A DNA stretch of 64,000 nucleotides from NCBI GenBank assembly GCA_964525535.1, contig CAZGHT010000017.1, forward strand, positions 696-64,695. Direction: 5' to 3'. The position numbers and the translations under genes were made by a program. The stretch's first letter is position 1; each line of letters opens with the position of its first letter. The notes below the pieces were generated by a model. It ran no database searches. It saw only the letters and a list, made by a program, of their open reading frames with translations, and was not told the origin of the DNA. This DNA comes from an uncultured Rhodothermaceae bacterium (GTDB lineage Bacteria > Bacteroidota > Rhodothermia > Rhodothermales > JAHQVL01). Shown piece after piece: positions 57,288-64,000 of the stretch.

Positions 57288-59780
57288 ATGATCGCCCATA
57301 TAGTACTTCCGATACCCGTCCAGAAATGGTTCGATTACGAGGTCCCAGAAGATCTCCAAACCGAATTACGCCCGGGATGCCGCGTCATCGTTCCTTTTGG
57401 CCGGCGTGTACAGACCGGCCTCGTAGTGGGTATTGACCACTCGCCCGGCGAAAATCATGAAGTGCAGCTAAAAACCATCCAGGATGTCATCGACGAGGAG
57501 CCCGCTCTGACCGGGGAATTGCTGGACCTCACCCGATGGATTTCGACCTATTACATGTGCGGATGGGGCGAAGTCATCCGCGCTGCGTTGCCATCGGGGA
57601 CCGATTACCTCCAGCAATACCTCATCCGGTACGCCGGCCCTGAGCGTTTGCCCGACGACCTGTCTGCTTCGCAGGCGGCCCTGATCGAGCTCATCAGGAT
57701 GCAGGACGCACCTACGCTCGAGGAGTTGCAAAAGAAGGACCGCTCGATAACGCTGGCCGCACTCCGCCGGCTGGAAAAATCGGAGCTCGTGACCATCGAG
57801 CCGGCGTTGAAGAAACCCCGGGTCAGAATCAAAAAGGAAAAGCACCTGCGGCTGGCAGATCCCATCGGGGACGAATCCACCCTGCAGCACCTCAAATCTA
57901 CCCTGCCCGGCACAAAACAACGCGCGCTCGTGGATGCACTGTATCACATGCACCGCGAGGGGGAGGACGAACCGTCCCAGGCCGCCGTGCTGACCCGCTC
58001 GGGCGCCGGCTCGTCCACAGCCCGTAGCCTGGTAGACCGGGGTATTTTACGCCTCGTCGACAAAGAAGTGATGCGTACACCGCTGGGGGACCTCCCCCTG
58101 GATGCACGCCCTCCCCCGAACCACGCGCTCCACGCGGCGCAAGAAAAGGCGCTCCAGGCCATCGAGGGGGCTATCGAAGCCGGCCGCTTCGAGACGTTTT
58201 TACTCCACGGCATTACGGGAAGCGGCAAAACGGAGGTGTACATCCATGCGTTGAAACGCGTTACGGATGGCGGCAAGACGGGGATCATCCTCGTGCCCGA
58301 GATTGCGCTGACCCCCCAGACCGTCTCTCGCTTCCAGGCACACTTCGGCGACCGAATCGCGGTGCTGCATTCGCGAATGAGCCTCGGGGAGCGCTTCGAT
58401 GCCTGGCGCCACCTTCGCAAAGGTCGGTATCCCATCGTTATCGGGCCGCGGTCGGCTATTCTGGCTCCCCTCTCCGATATCGGCCTGATCATCGTCGACG
58501 AAGAGCACGAGGGATCCTACAAACAGTTCGACCCGGCCCCGAGGTATCACGCGCGCGACGTGGCGGTCATGCGGGCTTCCATGAACCAGGCCGTGTGTAT
58601 CCTCGGCTCAGCCACGCCGAGCCTGGAAAGTTATTACAACGCCACGCAGGCATCCAAGTACACGTACCTCAGCATGCCGGATCGCGTGCCGGTGCCGGGG
58701 ACTGCCCCGGGAAAAAAAGAAATGGCGCAGCTACCGGTCGTGAAGACGATCGACCTCAGCCTGGAGAAGAAAAAACACCGCCTTCCGGGCATCCTGTCCG
58801 CCCCCCTGCGCCAGGCCCTTTCAGATCGGCTGCAACGGGAAGAGCAAGTCATTCTGCTCCAGAATCGTCGCGGATATTCGTCGATTCTCTTGTGCCAGAG
58901 TTGCGGGTGGACTCCCATGTGCTCAGATTGTGCCGTAACACTGACGTATCACAAGGTACAGCAGCAACTCCGGTGTCACTATTGCGGAAAAACCGAACAA
59001 ATCACGCGGCGATGCCCGCAATGCGGAGGGGCCGACCTCGCACGTATCGGGGCAGGCACGCAACGCGTCGAAGAAGAACTGGATGCCTATTTTCCGGAGG
59101 CTCGGGTGCTCAGAATGGATCTCGATACCACGTCGGGGAAGAATGCGCACCACAAAATACTGGATCAATTCGGTCGCGGCGCTGCCGACGTGCTGCTGGG
59201 CACCCAGATGGTCGCCAAAGGCCTCGATTTCGCCCGCGTCACGCTGGTCGGCGTCATCAACGCAGACGTGGGGATGCTGCTTCCCGACTTCCGCGCCGAA
59301 GAACGAACCTTTCAGTTATTGACGCAGGTGGCCGGCCGGGCCGGCCGGGCCGGCTCGCCCGGTGAAGTCCTCCTCCAGACGCGAAATCCGAAACACGCCG
59401 TACTCCAGTTCGCCCTGCGTCACGACTATATCCAGTTTGCGCGATCCGCGCTTCGCGATCGAGAAGCGTTGATGTACCCGCCCTACGGCCGCATCGCCCG
59501 CATCGAATTCAAAGGGCCCGAAGACAGGGTCGTCGAACGGCTCAGCAAAACCTGGGCGCGCGTGTTGAAACCGCTCCCGGGTGTACAGGTGCTCGGGCCT
59601 CAGCCGGCCCTGATCAGCCGAATCCAGAAACAATATCGCCACCACGTCATCCTGAAGGCCCATCGCTCCGTTTCGTATCAGGCCCTGCGGGCCATGATCT
59701 CAGAAGCGACGAACCGCTCCCAGGGGTTTCCCCGGCACTACCGGATGGTCATAGACATAGATGCTATGTCGCTTCTCTGA
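57288..59780 (+). CDS. priA: Primosomal protein N' (replication restart helicase PriA)
   Basis: 3'-binding domain N-terminus, Walker A GITGSGKT, IIVDEEHE, and the Cys-rich zinc insert CQSCGWTPMCSDCAVTLTYH..CHYCG..CPQCG. Confidence 0.95.
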   Translation: MIAHIVLPIPVQKWFDYEVPEDLQTELRPGCRVIVPFGRRVQTGLVVGIDHSPGENHEVQLKTIQDVIDEEPALTGELLDLTRWISTYYMCGWGEVIRAALPSGTDYLQQYLIRYAGPERLPDDLSASQAALIELIRMQDAPTLEELQKKDRSITLAALRRLEKSELVTIEPALKKPRVRIKKEKHLRLADPIGDESTLQHLKSTLPGTKQRALVDALYHMHREGEDEPSQAAVLTRSGAGSSTARSLVDRGILRLVDKEVMRTPLGDLPLDARPPPNHALHAAQEKALQAIEGAIEAGRFETFLLHGITGSGKTEVYIHALKRVTDGGKTGIILVPEIALTPQTVSRFQAHFGDRIAVLHSRMSLGERFDAWRHLRKGRYPIVIGPRSAILAPLSDIGLIIVDEEHEGSYKQFDPAPRYHARDVAVMRASMNQAVCILGSATPSLESYYNATQASKYTYLSMPDRVPVPGTAPGKKEMAQLPVVKTIDLSLEKKKHRLPGILSAPLRQALSDRLQREEQVILLQNRRGYSSILLCQSCGWTPMCSDCAVTLTYHKVQQQLRCHYCGKTEQITRRCPQCGGADLARIGAGTQRVEEELDAYFPEARVLRMDLDTTSGKNAHHKILDQFGRGAADVLLGTQMVAKGLDFARVTLVGVINADVGMLLPDFRAEERTFQLLTQVAGRAGRAGSPGEVLLQTRNPKHAVLQFALRHDYIQFARSALRDREALMYPPYGRIARIEFKGPEDRVVERLSKTWARVLKPLPGVQVLGPQPALISRIQKQYRHHVILKAHRSVSYQALRAMISEATNRSQGFPRHYRMVIDIDAMSLL

Positions 59781-59838
59781 GCCTCTACCTGCTGACAGGC
59801 TCGCGGCGTCCTGTGCTCGATGGCCTTTCCGATCTATC

Positions 59839-60492
59839 TCACAAGCTCCTATTGATCGTAATATCCTCGTACGGAGTAACCTCTTCGTAGGGAAAGTTTT
59901 TGTTCTGTGATTCATCCACTTTTTCTATGAGTTTCCTCCGTCTCCTCAGATACAGCCAGGATACGCCTATCAAAACCAGGATGGATACCAGGACGCCTGA
60001 GTTATTCCAGAGTAACCCGAGATCTATATTGAGCATAATGATCAATACGATCGTCAGGATCAGTAGGGGAATGAATACTATGCGTGCGAACGCAAATTTC
60101 CTGCCTGTACCCCTGTTTTGAAGGCCGCTGGGTCGAGCCTTCGATCGCTTACTCTCCTGCCGGGGGGTGGGTATCTCGACACGATCTGTTTCAACGACCT
60201 TCTGAAACGTCAACGGCTTCCACCATTCCTCTACCCCGTATACATACGCCAGCGCAATCCGTTGGACGATTTCACGAGTCGCCGCTTCCTCTTGAAGCCA
60301 TTGCGTTCCGTCGTGGACCAGCAGCAGGTGAATTTCTCTGGCCCTGTCACAAACTACTTTAAGATAGGATTGAGCGTTGTGGGCCAGTTTTACGTATTTC
60401 TTATCCATCCCGTCCAATTCCTGGACCGCGTCTTTTACCTGATCGTCGGTAGGATCCTCCAGCCATTGACCGTTAGAATATTCGATAATCAT
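59839..60492 (-). CDS. Hypothetical membrane protein (soluble N-domain + basic linker + 2 TM helices)
   Basis: The 217-aa ORF is AT-richer than its surroundings. The N-terminal ~100 aa are soluble, followed by an RQESKRSKARPSGLQNRGTGRK linker and two TM helices. No family recognised. Confidence 0.55.
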   Translation of the reverse strand: MIIEYSNGQWLEDPTDDQVKDAVQELDGMDKKYVKLAHNAQSYLKVVCDRAREIHLLLVHDGTQWLQEEAATREIVQRIALAYVYGVEEWWKPLTFQKVVETDRVEIPTPRQESKRSKARPSGLQNRGTGRKFAFARIVFIPLLILTIVLIIMLNIDLGLLWNNSGVLVSILVLIGVSWLYLRRRRKLIEKVDESQNKNFPYEEVTPYEDITINRSL

Positions 60493-60703
60493 GATCGGTG
60501 TGGGTTATGCGTTGCATGTAGTAACGCATAAACCTCATTTACGTTTACCCAGGTCAAGTAGTCCTTGTCTACCAGGGTGTGGATCGCATAGAGATTTGAT
60601 CTTCTATGCGTCGTTCACTACGATAATAGTACGACAAAGAATCGGAACCATTCGCGCTGCGATCTGTTGTTGCCAGATGTTTGCAGTCGCTGGTTCTGCA
60701 ACA

Positions 60704-60810
60704 ACATGGGCAAGTCCCGTACGACCAGCTCCCTCTGAACCCCGTCAGGACCGGAAGGTAGCAGCGGTAGGAGGTTGTAGCGGTGCGATACGGTCAGCTT
60801 GCCCATCTTT
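60704..60810 (+). ncRNA. ffs: Signal recognition particle RNA, small bacterial type (4.5S-like)
   Basis: The helix-8 core GUCAGGACC-GGAA-GGUAGCAGC at 60744-60765 matches E. coli 4.5S GUCAGGUCC-GGAA-GGAAGCAGC, with the GGAA tetraloop at 60753-60756. The closing helix pairs ATGGGCAAG (60706-14) with CTTGCCCAT (60798-806), and CCGTA (60717-21) pairs with TACGG (60789-93). A T7 run follows at 60808-60814. The ends are approximate. Confidence 0.85.
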
Positions 60811-60925
60811 TTTTGCCACCCTTGTTAGCCGTCTATCTTCCTGCCTGGTACGCCCTACATGCATAAACGGGTAAGCTGGGACGGGTCAGGCGCACAAACC
60901 GTCATTCGTTGTCTCATTCGTAGTC

Positions 60926-61255
60926 ATGGATATCCTCGCTTACGCCCCCTGGGTGCTCGCTCTGGTCCAGAACGCCCAGCAACCTCCCGGCAACCCCTGG
61001 ATCAGCCCCATCGCCATATTCTTAATTTTCATCGTCTTCTATTTTTTCATCATCCGCCCTCAGCAGCAGAGTCAGAAGAAAAAAGAGAAAGAAAAAGCGG
61101 CGATGATCGAGGCACTGAAGAAGGGAGATAAGATCATTACGATCGGGGGGCTGCACGGTACGGTTACTCAGATAGGCGACACCAGTGTCACGATGGATAT
61201 CGATAAAACAGCGAGACTTCGAGTCGAAAAAAGCGCCATCGATCGCCTGGAATAG
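60926..61255 (+). CDS. yajC: Preprotein translocase subunit YajC
   Basis: A single TM followed by IIRPQQQSQKKKEKEKAAMIEALKKGDKIITIGGLHGTVTQI. Confidence 0.9.
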   Translation: MDILAYAPWVLALVQNAQQPPGNPWISPIAIFLIFIVFYFFIIRPQQQSQKKKEKEKAAMIEALKKGDKIITIGGLHGTVTQIGDTSVTMDIDKTARLRVEKSAIDRLE

Positions 61256-61399
61256 GCAGGCAGCGTACCATCTGGCCCTGCCGTAACGCTGAGAAAACAC
61301 CGAGAAAACACCGAGGAAACACTGAAGCTCTTCGGTCATTCTGCTACTACCTGTTTCGTTATGCAGGATACTGGCATGTTTAACAGCTCTTGATGCCTC

Positions 61400-62677
61400 A
61401 TGAGTGACGCTCGCATCAATCCCGACGACGAACTTCCCTTCGATTCCATTGACGATGCCATCGAAGCGATCAAAGTGGGCAGGCTGGTTATCGTCGTCGA
61501 CGATGAAGACCGGGAAAATGAGGGAGACTTCATTTGCGCTGCCGAGACCATCACGCCGGAACTGGTCAACTTTATGGCGACGCAGGGGCGCGGGTTGATC
61601 TGCGTCCCGCTCACACGGGAACGCATGGTCGAGCTCGACCTCGACATGATGGTGAGCTCGAATACCGCCCTGCACGAAACGGGATTCACGGTTTCGGTCG
61701 ATTACAAGATCGGCACCGAAACCGGCATTTCAGCGGCCGACCGGGCCAAAACCATCAAGGCCCTCGCCGACCCGGACGTACATCCCGGAGAATTTGCACG
61801 CCCCGGTCACGTTTTCCCCCTCCGCTCCATCAAAGGAGGTGTTTTGCGCAGAGCCGGTCATACGGAGGCCGCGACCGACCTGGCGCGCATGGCGGGATTC
61901 AAACCCGTTGGCGTGCTCGTCGAAATATTGAACGATGACGGCACCATGGCGCGCGTCCCGGAGTTGCTCGAGCTGGCCCGGCAGTACGACATGCGCATCA
62001 TTACAATTAAAGACCTGATTGCGTATCGCATGATGCACGAAAAGCTCGTGCGCCAGGTCATCAGCGTAAAGATGCCTACGCGCTTCGGAGACTTCGTGAT
62101 GTCCGCGTTCGAGGAGCGCCTTACCGGTGACGTACACCTCGCCCTGCAGAAGGGCTCATGGACAGAAGACGAACCCGTTCTCGTCCGGGTGCATTCCCAG
62201 TGCATCACGGGAGATATTTTCGGTTCGATGCGGTGCGACTGCGGCGACCAGCTGGCACGGGCCCTCTCTCAAATCGAAAAGGAGGGGCGTGGATGCCTGC
62301 TCTACATGAAACAGGAAGGCCGCGGCATCGGATTGCTGAACAAACTCAAAGCCTACAAGCTGCAAGAAGAAGGGATGGATACCGTGGAGGCCAACCTCGC
62401 GCTGGGATTCAAGATGGATCACCGGGATTACGGAATCGGGTGCCAGATCTTGAGAGAGATGAATATCCGGAAGTTGCGCCTGATGACGAACAATCCCACC
62501 AAGCGCGTCGGCCTATCGGGGTACGGCCTCGAAATCGTGGAGCAGGTGCCGATCGAGATCCCACCCAACAGTGTAAACGAGAAATACTTGCTTACCAAGC
62601 GAGATCGGATGGGGCATACCATATTGTCCAATCTGGACGAGCACGACCAGGAGGCTATGAAGTCGATTCTGCGCTAG
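61400..62677 (+). CDS. ribBA: Bifunctional 3,4-dihydroxy-2-butanone-4-phosphate synthase / GTP cyclohydrolase II
   Basis: [14 protein letters not shown] and RAGHTEA (DHBP synthase half). [21 protein letters not shown] and GRGIGL (GTP cyclohydrolase II half). Confidence 0.95.
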   Translation: MSDARINPDDELPFDSIDDAIEAIKVGRLVIVVDDEDRENEGDFICAAETITPELVNFMATQGRGLICVPLTRERMVELDLDMMVSSNTALHETGFTVSVDYKIGTETGISAADRAKTIKALADPDVHPGEFARPGHVFPLRSIKGGVLRRAGHTEAATDLARMAGFKPVGVLVEILNDDGTMARVPELLELARQYDMRIITIKDLIAYRMMHEKLVRQVISVKMPTRFGDFVMSAFEERLTGDVHLALQKGSWTEDEPVLVRVHSQCITGDIFGSMRCDCGDQLARALSQIEKEGRGCLLYMKQEGRGIGLLNKLKAYKLQEEGMDTVEANLALGFKMDHRDYGIGCQILREMNIRKLRLMTNNPTKRVGLSGYGLEIVEQVPIEIPPNSVNEKYLLTKRDRMGHTILSNLDEHDQEAMKSILR

Positions 62678-62686
62678 CCGCGCACT

Positions 62687-63343
62687 TCAGGCGGCCCGGC
62701 TTCTGATGCTGCTGCGCCTGTAAATCCCTTCTTTATTCACGTGGCCAACGTAGCGACCGAGGATATTCACCTCCTCGAATACATCCGGGGTGATGTGGAC
62801 GTCGGGATATTCGCTGTTGGCGGGCTCGAGCCGCAACCCGTCCACTTCCTGGTAAATTCGCTTCAGCGACGTTTCCCCGTTATACAGCACGGCGCCGATG
62901 CCGCCGTTGGGTATGTCGTCGTCGATGAGCAGCACGTAGTCGCCGTCCTCGATGTCAGCGCCGATCATGGATTGCCCGGAGACGCGAATGGCGAAGATGC
63001 GGTCCAGGTTGGGGAAGAGCGTTTCCAGCGTGATCGTCCCCAGGTTGGCCTCGACGGCCTCCTGCAATCCGCCCGCCGTAATGATGCCCGTAATCGGAAT
63101 CCCGACAGGCTGCAAGCCGGCCAGGTTGTTCATCATCCCCGAGAGCTGGTACCCGTCATCGTCTTTGACGAGAAACCCCTTCTTATGCAGGGCCTGCAAG
63201 TTTTGCGTCACGCTGTTCGGCGAGCGGTAGTTGAATTCTTCGACGAGTTCGCGATAGGTCGGCCATACCCCGTTCTCTGCCACATAGTTCTTCAAGTAGG
63301 TCCAGAACGAATGCTGCTTGCTCGTAAGGTGTTTGCGACTCAT
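62687..63343 (-). CDS. lexA: LexA repressor (canonical wHTH + S24 peptidase)
   Basis: The N-terminal LexA-type winged helix (WPTYRELVEEFNYRSPNSVTQNLQALHKKGFL), an Ala-Gly cleavage context (IITAGGLQEA), catalytic Ser (VSGQSM) and Lys (TSLKRIY). Confidence 0.9.
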   Translation of the reverse strand: MSRKHLTSKQHSFWTYLKNYVAENGVWPTYRELVEEFNYRSPNSVTQNLQALHKKGFLVKDDDGYQLSGMMNNLAGLQPVGIPITGIITAGGLQEAVEANLGTITLETLFPNLDRIFAIRVSGQSMIGADIEDGDYVLLIDDDIPNGGIGAVLYNGETSLKRIYQEVDGLRLEPANSEYPDVHITPDVFEEVNILGRYVGHVNKEGIYRRSSIRSRAA

Positions 63344-63456
63344 GATGCTCTAACTATGACTTTGATCTATAGCCGATCGTGCAGCTACGTAGTGGTGTAG
63401 CACGCCCAGGTGTAGCAGCGTGCCTGTTTTTAGCACACCTGTACACACATGTTACA

Positions 63457-63464
63457 CAAATATA
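63457..63464 (-). promoter_or_regulatory. Candidate Bacteroidota-type -7 promoter element (TAnnTTTG) for lexA
   Basis: The minus strand reads TATATTTG about 115 nt upstream of the lexA ATG, immediately 5' of the TGTAAC..GTACA and repeat-rich leader. This is a motif match only. Confidence 0.3.
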
Positions 63465-63493
63465 ACAACTTATTCAAGATTAGTTCCGATTTT

Positions 63494-64000
63494 TCAGGCA
63501 TCCTTTTTCACGTCTTGCAGCTGGCCGATCACTCGACCGGTGCGCGTAGGCAGGGCCTCTTCCAGGTGAAACTGCAGATAGGCATCGATCAGAGACGATA
63601 CTTCGTGGAGCACGGGCGGGTCCATCTGCATGCGCATCACGACGTCCAGGTCCGTGCGGGCGAGCACCGCGAAGGCTCGAAGGGCCGTTCTCGAGGCTTT
63701 TTTTAGATTTTTCCCCCGGTTGCCTCCCGGTATGGCGCCCTCTTTCGTTATGGCGCCGGTCTCGAGCGACAGATACCCCCATGCTCCCTCGATGCCCTCG
63801 ATATCTTCGCGCCGGACGTAGGGGTCGAACCCGAGGATGCCGGCGAGTTTAAGCCTGAAGAAGGGCCACAGGTTGTCCATCCGGTGTTCAGCGCGGTCGA
63901 GGCCGTGTAGCGTATCCACCAGCAGCCGGAACACCTGCTCGTTTTCTTCCTCGACCTGCAAAAGCGCCTGGACGAGTTCCACCATGCGCACCCCCGCAGA
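63494..64000 (-). CDS. recO: DNA repair protein RecO, C-terminal part (5'-truncated by the window edge)
   Basis: The frame is open to the window end. RecO C-domain pattern: FFRLKLAGILGFDP..., followed by a helical tail. The call is by pattern only. Confidence 0.65.
   Translation of the reverse strand, partial: SAGVRMVELVQALLQVEEENEQVFRLLVDTLHGLDRAEHRMDNLWPFFRLKLAGILGFDPYVRREDIEGIEGAWGYLSLETGAITKEGAIPGGNRGKNLKKASRTALRAFAVLARTDLDVVMRMQMDPPVLHEVSSLIDAYLQFHLEEALPTRTGRVIGQLQDVKKDA

Noticed and set aside
60491-60874. ORFs 60491..60874(+) and 60618..60806(-) in the priA-yajC spacer
   Set aside because: The region is explained by the SRP RNA gene with its own T-run terminator, and the translations are Cys/Arg-rich nonsense.
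61256-61399. Expected FMN (RFN) riboswitch upstream of ribBA; also a GGCAGG/CCTGCC hairpin after yajC (61255-61282)
   Set aside because: None of the conserved RFN cores are present. The hairpin has only a 6-bp stem, a 16-nt loop and no T-run, which is too weak to call a terminator.
1-64000. Search for CRISPR arrays, IS elements/transposases, integrases, phage genes, toxin-antitoxin pairs, reverse transcriptases and rRNA/tRNA genes
   Set aside because: I recognised none on either strand. No regularly spaced direct repeats, no terminal inverted repeats flanking ORFs, and no recombinase-like proteins appear in the six-frame track.

Overview
This 64 kb window looks like ordinary high-GC bacterial chromosome: densely coding and mostly housekeeping. 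The family mix suggests a Bacteroidota-related lineage (Rhodothermia/Balneolia-like): propeller/Y_Y_Y sensor kinases, TonB receptors with a CarboxypepD_reg N-domain, a choice-of-anchor-B protein, and a TAnnTTTG-type -7 box. That placement is inference only. Several proteins carry strongly acidic tails or inserts, which hints at a salt-adapted proteome.

I support 47 protein-coding genes and one RNA gene. The RNA is a small bacterial SRP RNA (ffs) at about 60704-60810, hidden under spurious ORFs in the track.

Main content, in order:
- GH3 beta-glucosidase (cut by the window edge) and two tandem paralogous propeller sensor kinases.
- M16 peptidase, then TolC, a MacA-like adaptor and an ABC ATPase with no permease gene.
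- uvrA, an AT-richer pair of unknown membrane proteins, and a GT4 glycosyltransferase.
- SCO and PCu(A)C copper chaperones, and a GAF-PAS kinase.
- DHDPS-family aldolase and nagB.
- Three consecutive secreted beta-propeller proteins.
- hemW and an LpqC-type esterase.
- A tight minus-strand string coaA, M19 dipeptidase, RidA, yhdT, panF-like symporter. The symporter carries a roughly 130-aa soluble insert.
- An orphan sdpR/sdpI-like pair, DAHP synthase, an ECF sigma factor and purB.
- Two tandem TonB-dependent receptors, rpe, and an EamA / LysR / SDR group.
- priA, yajC, ribBA, lexA and recO (cut by the window edge).

I found no rRNA, tRNA, CRISPR array, transposase, integrase or obvious prophage. 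No canonical defence or mobile system is visible.

The most unusual items are:
- the pantothenate-salvage-like operon and the insert in its symporter;
- the three-propeller secreted cluster, which has a Met/His-rich loop;
- the AT-rich two-gene membrane module upstream of the glycosyltransferase;
- three sensor kinases with no response regulator anywhere in 64 kb;
- the repeat-dense lexA leader.

All functional calls come from reading the translated ORFs by eye. No searches were run.
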